Below, in pieces: positions 25,363 to 37,620 of a stretch of DNA of 64,000 bases. This stretch comes from the human T2T-CHM13v2.0 reference genome, Homo sapiens. The stretch lies in NCBI RefSeq assembly GCF_009914755.1, contig NC_060928.1. The stretch is one strand, 5' to 3'. Every line of letters begins with the position of its first letter. Position 1 is the first letter of the stretch. Both the position numbers and the translations under genes were made by a program. The notes under the pieces are model-generated. The model was not told the origin of the DNA. It saw nothing but the letters and a program-made list of their open reading frames with translations, and searched no databases.

Positions 25363-28300
25363 TTCCAAGGTACATCCTGGGTCACCTTATAAATCATCCG
25401 TTACTGCGCTTCCACCATCTCTTTTGCCCATCAATTTAGAATAAGCAGATTCTTTTTGTTTATTTGTTTATTTATGTATTTCATGCTAGCCATGTTTGAA
25501 ATACAAACAGACCCAAGGAAACCTCATTGCTGACTTGGACATTTTTAGCTGTTTATCTCTGAGAAAAGTTATCTTCTAAAAGAAAAACAGCAAATAAAAA
25601 CAAACTCACAGCTCTGTGTCAATTTTTAAATGACTTAACTTTACATGATGTCTTTCTTTGGTAAATTTTAATCTTTTTGACCATCCAGTGGGTTGGTTTT
25701 CTGACCACAAAGAAAGTAAAATTCCCTATGGAACAGCAACAACAACAAAACACCGATGCTACTTTGAAAATTATTAAAATAACATTGGCATGTGACTGAG
25801 GCCAGCACCCCAGAAGCTGAGCATTTATAATAATAAATGCTTTGACTTCCATTCAACAGTGATCTGCGAGCCTTATCCAATCAATGAGGATGATGAAGAT
25901 GTGAACTGTGATCGCCACAAATTTGTTAATTTGTCAGTCACATTAAAGACATGGCAGGTCACTCGTTGGGCTCCCCTTGACCTTTAGTCTTAAGATTACA
26001 AGATATTCAGAAATTTTGTCCTAAACTCCATTATTTTAGGAGCTGTTTCTTAAGAAAACTCTGAGCCAAGCATTCCAGAATATATTATCGCTTTAAACAC
26101 AGATTTTCATTGACAACATTTTGTGGGCACCCATTTAATATTAATATTAAGCCAAGGAAATAATGGTCCTTGTTTCTTTCCTTTAAAATGACAGGAATAG
26201 TGGGTACTTGTTCCTTATGAAAAACAGGAAATATCTAAGCCAGCAGTATTCACACTAGTGTCATTCCTGCATTACTTCAGTTATTGATTGAACCTTGCCA
26301 AATTCTCCATAATGCATCTGCCTACCAGCGAGGGAGAGGCTTATGTGGGAGACTGACTTGTAAAGGTTATCTCAGGAACAAATGATGTGCAGCTCTCCAC
26401 CTTTTAAAAAGTCTTGAAATGCTGTGAAATTGGATAGCCACTGAGGTACAGAAAATGGAGCATCTGCTTATAATTTTCTGAAATTAGTAAGGTAATGTTT
26501 TAATATAATTGGTACAGAATTTGGATTTAATTCTTTAGAAGGGATGTCCAAACCAAATAAGCACTTATTAGTACTGTTCTCTGTCACCTTAAAACAATGT
26601 AAGTCTAAGTATTTTCAAGGGTTAGAGCTCAGGAGTCTCTAGGAGTTTCCCAGAATCCTTGCGATTCTTGTCCACCAGGTACAAGGTGGGAGAGGGTGGG
26701 GTAGGGGCATAGCAGCCAGGAGCAGAGGTCTTAGATGAGTTTATCTTCAAGTCTCAAGGAGACTCCTTGTTGGTACTTTTGCCAACATTTGAGAGTGTTA
26801 TATTTTGTTTTGTCTCTTCTGTTGAATCTAAACCGATAATACCCCCCAAATTTTGCCCTAGGGTCTGCACATTTATAAACACAAGAAATGCAATTGCTGA
26901 GGCCTCAATTTGTTCTATTGATTTGGAGAGTGCTGCAGGGAGTCCCAAGATCAATAAAGCACTGGCTTCCTACCTTTCACTTCTTCCTTGTCAGTTTCCA
27001 TTGCCCCCAATTTGCCTGTTTTCTTGTCTTGCTCTTGGGAATCATTGCCATATGTGTCTGTTCTCTCTCTCTCTCTCTCTCATCTCTCCTGGGGGAAGAA
27101 AATAATTCTGAATGCTGAATGATAGTTTTTTAGAATTCTAACAACAATACATTTCAAGGTGGATGAAAGAAGTCCTCAAACTCATATGAATACCTCTAGA
27201 TCTACCTATTCTTGTATCTACCTTTATATGCAACATGGTGTAAAAGTGCAGGGCTTCAGACTTCACTTGGACAAGCTTGCCAATGATTTTTCTGGTCCTG
27301 GCAGAGGGCCATCGTCTATGTTAGTCCATGAGGCCATGTGCATACCTAACGTACTTTTTTTCTGTGTTCCTGTTCCTTCTCTGTTTGCATGTGTATCCAA
27401 GTGAGTGTGCACATATATGTAAGCAAAAATGCACACACTGTGGGCAACATCTGCATGAAGAAAGTATTTTTTTAAAGGGTCAAAGTAGGGGATGGTTAAA
27501 TTCAAGTGAGGATAAAAATAGAAGCCCAGCCTTGGGACAGCACTGTGACTAGTTGATAATTACGTTCTACCCAAGATCCTTGTCTTGTTCTTTGGAAAAT
27601 CACCTCACTCTGAGCAAGTCTTCCTTTAGATCAACAGCTAGAAAATGAGTAGGTGGCTGAGATCCTCTCTGAACAAAGGACATATTCTGAGGAAACTACC
27701 TTTTGTCTCCTTAAGTCTTGGGATGAGTTTGTTTTATTCATTCATTCTGCTTCAAGAAGAAGACCTAGGAGTAAGAATGAAGTTTCTCAGATGAGGTTCT
27801 ATATGCTCACTTAAGAAGATGTCCTTAGCTTTCCCTGAATTTTCTCTTTCCTTATCCCCAGAATTAATACAGAAAAGTAAGAAAGTGAAAAATATATGGC
27901 CAAAATAAAAGAAAACATGGAATAAAGACCCCTTCTGAGGTAAAGAAAATTTTAAAAGCTTATTTCCATCACTACGAACTACTCTTTCCCCTCAAGAATA
28001 AGTTAGCACTGTTGGAGTCAGTTACAGTTTTCAGAATTCTCTCTGGGAACTGTTGTGATAACCTCCAAGGGGCCCCTGTCCTCTGCAACTCTGTGCCTCC
28101 TTTCTAGACTCCGCTGTCTTGTCAGGGGGGTGGCTATGTCCCTTCTACCTGGAGAGAAATGCAGTCAGTCTTGGCACCAATACTAAGAAGACATTTACAT
28201 TGGAAACAACATTTCTTCAATGATCAATGACCTAACAAAACTGAATAATGGCTAGAAAAGAGGCATGATAAAATGGGTAGTCCTCATCTGGTTGCTCATT

Positions 28301-28799
28301 TCCCTTTTATTTTATTTTTTTAAAGAAAATTCAGCAGTCTTTCAGTTGGGTCCAGGAATTCCCCGAACGTGAACCAATGTAGAGTTGCTCCATTTTAACT
28401 TCTGATATTGGACCCACTTAAGGAGTGCTCTTGATCCACACTCCACACGTCAGCCTCGTGTTCAGCCCTCCCCATCATGACTGACAGTCCCTACCCTGTA
28501 CCAAGGAACCATCTGTCTCCACAGCTCGCCCACACAAGGATGGAGTTGTCGTTGATGTGGCAGCCAGGACTGCAGCAACAGGCATCGAAGCCAGACGACA
28601 CAGGTGGTCCAGAGCACGGAGAGTCACCAAGGAGACTTGGAGAACACCAGCACTTCCGTTATTAGGGTGGAATACATCTGAAGGCATCACAATTCTATCC
28701 CAGTCTAAAGAAACCTGAGCCAAATGACGGATGCTGGATCCCAGAATGTGTCCATCAAATCCCTGATTCACAGAGATGTTAACAAATGTGATATCCGTT

Positions 28800-28990
28800 A
28801 CTGTTCACTGAAAACTTACTATGAGTCACTGTGCCATGAACTTTATGAGAATTACCTAATTTAATCTACAGAAAATACTATTATCTCCATTTTTAGAGAG
28901 GGAAGATGAAGATTAGTGACTTGCCCAAGATTACACAGATAGTGATGGGTGAGTCAGAATTTGTACCCACGCAGCCTTGTACCTGGGCCC
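28800..28990 (-). mobile_element. MIR
   Basis: attatctccatttttagagagggaagatgaag...agtgacttgcccaagattacacagatagt. Confidence 0.75.
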
Positions 28991-29254
28991 ACACTGTTAT
29001 CCACCAGACTTCAATGATTCTCTTGGCTTGTGGAAGTAGACAAGTTGAAGGGTATGTCTTTTGGTGGCCTATGTTTCTAACTTTAGGGTTCACAGTAATT
29101 AGAAAAGGGCACAGAAACATTTCAAATATTTTCTCCCAAGGTGACCCATAAAAATCATTAGATTATGTGCTCTGATATTGTGGCCTATACCAAACTGTCT
29201 CAGACAATTGAATCTATTCAGTACTTCATTGTTGCAAAGAATGAAAAGAGACAA

Positions 29255-30054
29255 TGAGAGACAGGACTAGCTGGATTTCCTAGGCCCACTAAGAATTCCT
29301 AAGCCTAGCTGGGAAGGTGACCGCACCCACCTTTAAACACGGGGCTTGTAACTCAGCTCACACCAAACCAATCAGGTAGTAAACAGAGCTCACTAAAATA
29401 CCAATTAGGCTAAAAACAGGAGGTAAAGAAATAATCAAATCATCTGTCTCCTGAGAGCACAGGGGGAGGGACAATGATCAGGATATAAACCCAGGAATTC
29501 GAGCGGGCAGGGGCAACCCCCTTTGGGTCCCCTCCTGTTGTATGGGACCTCTGTTTTCACTCTATTAAATCTTGCAACTGCACACTCTTCTGGTCTGTTT
29601 GTTCCGGCTCGAGTTGAGCTTTCACTCGCCATCCACCACTGCTGATCTCCATCCTTGCAAACCCGCCACTGACTTCCACTCCCCCAGATCCTGCAGGATG
29701 TCTGCTGCGCCTCTGATCCAGCGAGGTGCCCACTGCCGCTCCTGATTGGGCTAGAGGCTCGCCATTGTTCCTGCATGGCTAAGTTCCCGGGTTCATCCTA
29801 ATCCAGCTGAACACTAGTCGCTGGGTTCCATGGTTTTCTTCTGTGATCCATGGCTTCTAATAGAGCTATAACACTCACCCATGGCCCAAGTTTCCATTCC
29901 TTGGAATCCGTGAGGCCAAGAACCCCAGGTCAGAGAACAAAAGACTTGCCGCCATCTTGGGAGGACTTGCCGCCATCTTGGGAGCACCCGCCCCCATCTT
30001 AGGAGTGGCCTGCCACATCTTGGGAGCTCTGAGGACAAAGACCTGCTGATAACA
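29255..30054 (+). mobile_element. HERV-W solo LTR (LTR17), full length
   Basis: Starts tgagagacaggactagctggatttcctaggcc and ends ...gataaca; perfect 4-bp TSD acaa (29251-29254, 30055-30058); no internal proviral sequence. Confidence 0.96.
29368..29569 (+). promoter_or_regulatory. LTR17 U3/R promoter and polyA elements
   Basis: CCAAT at 29368 and 29401, TATAAA at 29484-29489, ATTAAA at 29564-29569, in the expected LTR order; activity unknown. Confidence 0.6.
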
Positions 30055-30239
30055 ACAACATCCTCTGTGGGTCTAAGAAAAATCAAGCAACATATGACTA
30101 TAATGAAATTATAGAACTAAAGCTTAATTCTTTATCTTCCCTTCATAATGATGACTCAAACTCTGATTAGAAAACTCAGCATAATCTTTTTGTTAATTTT
30201 CTTCTTCGGTATACAATACATCTCATAATAATGCAATAT

Positions 30240-31278
30240 ATCTCCAATGAAGTCCTATTGAGTCTTTTGAATCTATCTCCTTCTATTTGTTCCAATTATG
30301 TAATTTCAGTTCCTACATTCATGGTATCCACCATGAATGCTTTAATGGAATCTTAATTTGTATTTCTATCTCCAATCTCTGTCTAATCTCTTCTAATGAC
30401 TTAAAGGAACTATTCTAAAGTACAAGTCTGACCCCTTTCCTCCACTCTCTTCTTTTGTCTCTTCCTAGCACTTCTCATCTTTAAATGTACTGCATAGTTT
30501 TATTTTGCTTATTGTTTGCTACTGTCCATTAGATTATAAAACCCAGGAGACCAGAAGTTCTTGTGTGTTTCTTCAGACAAGGATATCTGTTCCCTCACAG
30601 CTGTGGGTACTGTGCCTGGTATATACTAGGTGCTCAATAAATATATTTGATATCCCCTCCTTAAAAAAATCTACCTTACCTTTCTTCCAGGATGAAGTAC
30701 AAACTTCTTAACACTGACACTTTATGCAGTGGTCTCAACCTGAATTTCTACTTAATTTCTTTGCATCTTCCTCTGCACAAAACTTTTGTTCAAATAACAT
30801 GAATGTTGTCATTCCTGAAGCTTGCCATGTTTTTCATGCATCCCTGCATTTGCAAATGCTGTTCCCTTTGTCTGAAAAACCCTTCCCAAGTCTGCTTAGA
30901 ACACAGCATGTGCAGATGATTGTCTCTTCAGTTATCCAGCCAAACGATTGATTGATTCATTCATCCCTCCATGTATTACCTGACCCACATCTATACATCC
31001 TTGAAAATCCAGGGGAAATTTTTCAATCTTCTGAAGCACCCCCAGATTCCCAGTTGGCATTGAGCACATTTCCTTGGTGCTCTGATAACTCTATATATAG
31101 CTCTATTTTGATTCTTATCACATTAAGTTGTAATTTATCTTATATGCTTTCTTTGCTTTCCCTGACAATGAGATGCTCCAGAACAGGGAGTGAGGCATTT
31201 ATCGGGTTGTCCTCAGTATATTTTACAGTACCTGGCACGTAATAAAGTACTCAATAAATGCATAATGAATAAATGAAT
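30240..31278 (+). mobile_element. L2 fragments (nested or tandem)
   Basis: Two L2 3' ends: gtgcctggtatatactaggtgctcaataaatatatttga (~30612-30649) and cctggcacgtaataaagtactcaataaatg...gaataaatgaat (~31231-31278). Confidence 0.75.
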
Positions 31279-32920
31279 AATTAACCTATCTAGAACAGAT
31301 ATATGTTTTGGGAAGAAGAGGTAATTGCTCTGGATTGAGAATTCAGCAGATAAACTATATAGCATTCTATTCAGATACCTGAAAAACCTCAAGAAGTTCC
31401 GTTAGTATTTATGTGAAATGCATATTTTAGTTTTACTAAAATAATAATTTACATTATGTGAAATTCATAGAATACTAACCAAGTAACAGAAAAATCCTCG
31501 AGGAGTAGACCAAGTAATATAATAGTGAGTCATATATTGAGCAAAGAATAATGTAGCCCACAGAAAAATATTTAGGGCTGCACAGGTCTCAATTATCTGT
31601 ATGTAATTCTCTATGAAGCCAATGAGAATGATGAGTGACTAAGAAGGATGACATTTGGTCTCTGGAGCAGAGAAATTAACTATTTCAAACCAGGAAATAT
31701 TATATAAATGTAATTATTCTCAAGTTTCTTTTAAAAATGACTAATGTGCCAAAAAATGACTTATTTAAATTTAAATGGAATTTGATTTTTAAAGTAGGTA
31801 CTCGTATGTCTCTTCAATGCCAAAAGAGAAGAGCTGCTTAGCCATTTTGTTTTCCAATCTCTCATTCATTCCTTCTCCATCAATGGGTATTTTTTTTCCA
31901 CCTGAAACTGCCCATAGAGAAAACAAAACAGAACGTTTGAAGGACATTGAGAATGAACAAGCAGCCAGGTTTTCCCCAAGAACGGGTACTTTTTAAATGA
32001 ACTGACAATTTTTTTTTGTTGGTACAAATGAAAAGCTAACATAAAAATATTCTCTAAGCTTCACTTGTAGTGTTTTATAAGAATGGAGACCAGCTTTGAC
32101 ATATTTCTGTGTGCCTATCTTAATCCTCCAGGACTGAGGATTCCAAGCAAACTGCTGAACCTGCAGTGTTTGCCTATTTATCTGTCTTCCATCTGCACAT
32201 AATATAGACCTCACATTGTTCATTTGGGAGTCCCTGTTATTGTCCAAATGTCTATCACAAAAGAGGGTGTCTTAGTCCTCTGGGGTAACTGGCCATGGTA
32301 CCAATGGACACAGATGGTAAATGAATGCATTAATATGCTCTGTTCATGATGGAAATTACACAGAGATAATATATTAACTTGAAAGGATTGCTTCTCATCT
32401 TTGTGGCAGAGTTTTTGAGGCCAAGTCTGTATGCACAAAATAAAGTAGACATTTAAGGTAATTATTTGAGTTGTGTGTGTCGGGGCAGGGGGCTGGGGGT
32501 GGGAATAACAGCTACCTGTTAATGAAGAATCCGTAATTAATTTCGATATGAATTTAACCAACTAATAGGCTTTCCTGATAGATTTCACCACATTTATTCT
32601 TCAATTTCCCCGGCTATGCTTCCTGTGTAGTCAAAATCATAGTGTACTTGGGTGTTTGCAGTACAAAGCCGTGTTTCCTGTTCCCTAAGGATAAAGGGGG
32701 AAAAATGACAATGTTTCTTAGTGACCCAGTTATCATTTTAGGTTGTTAAATAAAGAGTTTGTTTCATCTGTAAAATGGGAAGCACAATGTCTATGCCCCC
32801 CATAGGAACAGGGCTGTAAAGAAAGTAGTTCATAACTGCAAAGCCCTTTACAGATGTCAGTTATATTTGTAGGTGGAGCGAGGAGTCATGATAGTGGCTA
32901 CCTAAAGAGATTTAGATGTA

Positions 32921-33289
32921 CAGACAGTCCTCGGCTTAGGGTGGGGTTCCATCCTGATAAACCTATCATAATTTGAAAATACCTTAAGTGGAAAATGCAT
33001 TTAATACACCTAACCTGCCGAACATCGTAGCTTAGCCTAGCCTGCCTTAAATGCATTCAGAACACTTGCATTAACCTACAGTTGGGGAAAAACATCTAAC
33101 ACAAAGCCCATTTTATAATAAAGTATTGAATATTTTGTGTAATTTATTGTATACTGTACTGAAAGTGAAAAACAAAATGGTTATGTGGGTATTCCAAGTA
33201 CAGTTTCTACTGAATGCATTTCACTTTCACACCATGGTAAAGTTAAAAAATCATTGCGAGTTGAAAGATCATTTTAAGTCGGAGCGTTG
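32921..33289. mobile_element. MER47A (TcMar-Tigger MITE)
   Basis: ta|cagacagtcctcggcttagggtggggtt...aatacacctaacctgccgaacatcgtagcttagcctagcc...taagtcggagcgttg|ta, with TA TSD. Confidence 0.88.
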
Positions 33290-33944
33290 TAAATTGATGT
33301 TTTTTCTATTCAAAATTTTCAGGAGGAAAGAAATTCTGTCTTTTATTAAATAAGATGCAGACACTCTGGAGATCATTTGTACATATTATACATACAGAGT
33401 TAGACAAAACTCTCTGCTCCATATTCTTTTGTGTTTAGTACCAGGGTTTTGGCTGATCTTGTATGGGAAGGCAGTGTACATGAGGCCTAGTGTGTGCTTC
33501 CCTTCTGTCTGCAGACTATTTTCACCTCACATTCTTCTTGCTTTCTCCCACTTCACTGCCAAATTTCCTTTAAACATTTCAAGAGTAACCCATGATTCCT
33601 GTAACCAAAAGTATAATGTAAACACATAGAAAGAAAAATAATTAAGAATTTTTCCCTATCGTCTCTTACCCTGCACTCCTGTTGTTTATGGCCACAATCC
33701 ATCAGCTTCTAGTAGATAATGATGTTAACAGCCTCGTGTGCATCTTTGAATACTTCTCTTCATGCTACACATCTGTATGTTTATTAAAACATATATGCAC
33801 ATGTATAATTTTGGCTATTTTTTGCTTTTATAAATATTGAATTATACCAAACACATCACTCTGCAATTCACTTCTTTTTCACTTAAAAAATTGTTATGGA
33901 CTGTCTTCCTGGCCAATAATGTATGTTTTTAATATGTGAAAGTT

Positions 33945-34124
33945 TTCTATTTATTTAATTGGCATATAAAATTGAATATATTTATTGTGTAAAACAAGTT
34001 GTTTGAAATATGTATATGAACATCTATTGTGGAATAGCTAAAGTGAGCTAATTAGCATATGCATTACCTCACATACTTATTGTTATGTGATGAGAACAGT
34101 TAAATCTACTTAGTAATTTTCAAA
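33945..34124 (-). mobile_element. L1MA (L1MA7/8-like) 3' fragment
   Basis: aattgaatatatttattgtgta...gctaattagcatatgcattacctcacatactta; flanked by aataatgtat direct repeats (~33915 and ~34125). Confidence 0.75.
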
Positions 34125-34596
34125 AATAATGTATTATTTTAATGGCTCTATAGTGTTTCATGATAATATACCATTGTTTGTTCAAACTACTCTATTTTTT
34201 CAGCCAATTTAGTTTTTTTCTGCTAGAAAAAATTTATGTTGTAATTAACATACTTTTCATATACATTTGTGTACCAGCTTATATATATTATGCATATATA
34301 TATATATATATAGGTTACATAAGAAAAAATGACATGAGTAGGTCAAAGTAAGAGTTTCTTTACTTTTGATAGATATTACAAGAAAATTTTCCAAAATGGC
34401 TTACAGCAATTCACATTCTCGTCAGCATTGAAGAGTGTCTGTTTCTCCTTTTCCTCGATCAAGACTGAATTTATCACACTTTTAATGATTTTGCCAACCT
34501 GTCCATTAAAAATGGGATCTCCTTTTACTTTCAGTTTGCATTTCTCTTACTTCTAGTGAAGTTCAGTATCTTTTCATATATTTATTGACCGTTTAC

Positions 34597-34918
34597 AGAC
34601 ACTAATTTCCATGAGCAATCTCGGGTTTCCTTGGCCAGACTCAGAACTCTCCAGAAACAGACTCTATATGAGGAGAGGCAGTTGTAAGCACATTCTACTT
34701 CAATTCTTTTAAAATAAGCAAGTTAAGTCGCTTCCATTTTATTGTATTTAAATTAATAGTATATTTCCATGGCTCATGGCCTAGAGACATTCAAAAGTAG
34801 TGAAGGAAAGTACATAGGGAAAAATCTTCCTCCCCACCTTTTCTTCTTGTCAGCCAATTCTTCTCCCAGTAGACAAGGATACTAGTTTTCTTATGGATTC
34901 TTCCAGAATTATTTTATA

Positions 34919-34956
<38 letters not shown>

Positions 34957-35264
34957 TTATTCCCCCTTTAATCGCATTTTCCACCCTAGATCCTGAAGTC
35001 ACAACTCAGTCCCTAATTGACGGAGCTAGTCACTTAACTTCCCTCAGACCAGCTTTCCTTTTGTTCAGTTGAGCTTCTGGGAGAATCAAGGAGGAGCATA
35101 CCGGTAATTATCGAAGAGTTGACCACAGAAGCATGGGATGTTCTTCCCATTCAACAAACTGCAAAACCAAGCTTCTCCCTACCATTTGTCCCACACTGTT
35201 TTGTCAGGTGGGTAAACGTTATTTAATTAATGGAAGGGGTGTTGTGCAGTCTCCAAAAGCAAAG
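34597..35264. repeat. Composite local duplication: direct copy of ~36857-37260 plus inverted copy of ~36221-36502
   Basis: Manual alignment shows long shared blocks (e.g. ctcagaactctccagaaacagactct direct; ttttgttcagttgagcttctgggag versus its reverse complement at ~36404-36428). Confidence 0.93.
34920..34955. repeat. (CA)n microsatellite
   Basis: Uninterrupted CA run. Confidence 0.97.
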
Positions 35265-37059
35265 TTCAGCACCTTTTCACACATTTATTGACCACTTACT
35301 GCTCCTATTGTGCTAATTGTTCATATCCTGTTTCTGTCTTTTTGTTATCAATATATAGTGCTTTTTGTATACTGGAGATATTGTTTCTTTTTACACTCTA
35401 AGTTTTGTATTTTTTTTTTCTTCTGTAATTTTTCTGTTGACATTGTTTATGCTATAAATTTAAAGACACAAAGGATGTCTTGGAATAGGATGGGTAAAAA
35501 GCTGCTAAAAGCTATAAAACACTTGGTGACTTTTGATATGCCTAGCAACCACGTGGCTGCCCCATCTCCTCTTGTGCACATACCAGAGCTTTGTCCTTAT
35601 GAGAGATGAATGACTCCAGAACAGGCCTCTCATGTCACCTGTGGGGCTTTTACTTAATGAAATAAGAAAGCAAGGCACAGCCTTCTCAGCCTGACAAATT
35701 GGACACAGGGGTGAGAGTGGCTCTTTGTCAAAAGGAAGGCAGAGCACATCTTTTAAGACATTTCGAATGAGCATGAGCAGTCAAGGAGCATACAAAATAA
35801 TAATAATAATAACATATGTATTCCAAAAACAAGTTTTGTTTCTCTGTATGATGGAGTAGTTGATATTCTTTCAGTGTCAATTTTATCTCATTTATATGGT
35901 GCTCAGGTCTTAAAAGAACTACAAAAAGGTAAACTCAAATATTTATATTTAAATTTCCTATTAATTGAACTGCCTTTGACTGCGAAGTGATTTTGAGTTG
36001 AGATGTATGGAGCAACAGTGCAGTGAACGTAGGCCCTCCCTAAATAATGCTTGACTGAATAAATAAAAATATCTCAAAGAAGTAAATTTTTGAGATGGGC
36101 AGAAATTTTGTGTGGTCTGATTTCCTCACTTTCCAGATAAAGAACTTGAAATCCAGGAGAATAGGTGATTTGCTGGAATCAGCTAATGAGTCTGTGGCAA
36201 TATCAGGACAAAGATAGGCCCTTTGCTTTTGGTGTCTCTGCCCAATACCCCTTCTATTAATTATTAATAAAATGTACCCACCTGACCCTCTAACAGAGAT
36301 GACGGTAGGGGGAAGCTTGATTTTTCAGTTTGTTTAATGGGAAGAACATCCAATACTTCTGTGGTTGATTCTTTGATAATTACCAGTATGCTTTTCCTTC
36401 ATGCTCCCAGAAGCTCAACTGAACAAAAGAGGAGAGCTGGGATGAGGAACTTTAAGTGACTGGCCCAGTCACCTAGGGGCTGAGTTGGGACATCAGTGTC
36501 TACTTGTGACTCTTACCCTATGGTGCTAGTATAAGAGAAGGCAGCCTCAGAATGAAGATACTTGTCTAAGTAAACCGTGGCATCTCTATTATTGTTTCCA
36601 TTTTGCAGTAAGACTAGTTGTTATCACATTTTATGAGTTTCATAAACTTCTGCTGTGAATATGATGATGAGGGTTCTCAACTTTTTACCTCAGATAAGGT
36701 GGTCAAATGTCTTATCTGGTGTGATTGGTGGTGGCCTACACCCAACTTGGACATTGATCTGAAACTATTTCTAGGCCAATAAAGTTTTTATCTGTCTTAT
36801 AAAATATGTCTTCCCTCTTTTGCTGACACCATTCCTGGCATGTCTCAGATGCCTCATACAGCCACTAATTTCCACAGGCAATCATGGGTTTCCTTGGCCA
36901 CACTCAGAACTCTCCAGAAACAGACTCTCATATGAGAAGAGGCCATTGTAAGCACATTCTATTTCAATTCTTTAAAAATAAAGAAGATAAGTCACTTCCA
37001 TTTTATTTTATTTAAATGAATAGTACATTTACATGGCCCAAAGACATTCAAAAGTATAT

Positions 37060-37620
37060 AAGAAAAAGTACATAGGGAAACATCTCCCTCCCTCCCCACC
37101 TTTTCTTTCTGTCAGCCAATCCTTCTCCCAGTAGACAAAGATATTAGTTTTCTTATGGATTCTTCCAGAGCTATTTTATACAATATATACACACACACAC
37201 TTACACATACACACTTACACACACACACACACCCTCACATGTATTCCCTCTTTATTCACAAATGATTGCCTTCTATACATGCTGTGCTATATTTTGAGTT
37301 TTTCACTTTATTGGACCATATATCTTGGAACTTTCCTTATAATTAGGAAGAGTAGTTCCTTATTCTTTCCATGGCTACCAAATAAATACTCCATTCTGTG
37401 GACACATTTGTTTAACCAGCTATTAATAAACATTTAGATATTCTTTTGAACATTTGTTATTACAGAAAGGTTACAATAAATAACTTTCTACATAGGTTAT
37501 TTCATTCATTTGTGAAAAGACATTTCCATTGTGTACATTCCTAGAAACAGAATTGCTTAGGTCATAGCATAATGTGCACTTATTTTGATAGATACTGCCA
37601 AATTTCCCTACATGTGAATG
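37060..37620 (-). mobile_element. Old L1ME-like fragment
   Basis: Antisense L1M 3' motifs (tagttttcttatggattcttccagag...attcctagaaacagaattgct...ttttgatagatactgccaaatt). Confidence 0.6.

Larger units (their letters stand above)
33620..35440 (-). mobile_element. Old L1M (L1ME-like) fragment, interrupted by an L1MA piece and a templated insertion
   Basis: Antisense L1 3'-region motifs (gatagatattac...ttccaaaatggc...tttgccaacct...ttttcatatatttattgacc...gttcatatcc). Confidence 0.65.

Noticed and set aside
29943-30026. CRISPR-like repeat array
   Set aside because: The repeats are adjacent with no unique spacers and lie inside a HERV-W LTR in eukaryotic DNA.
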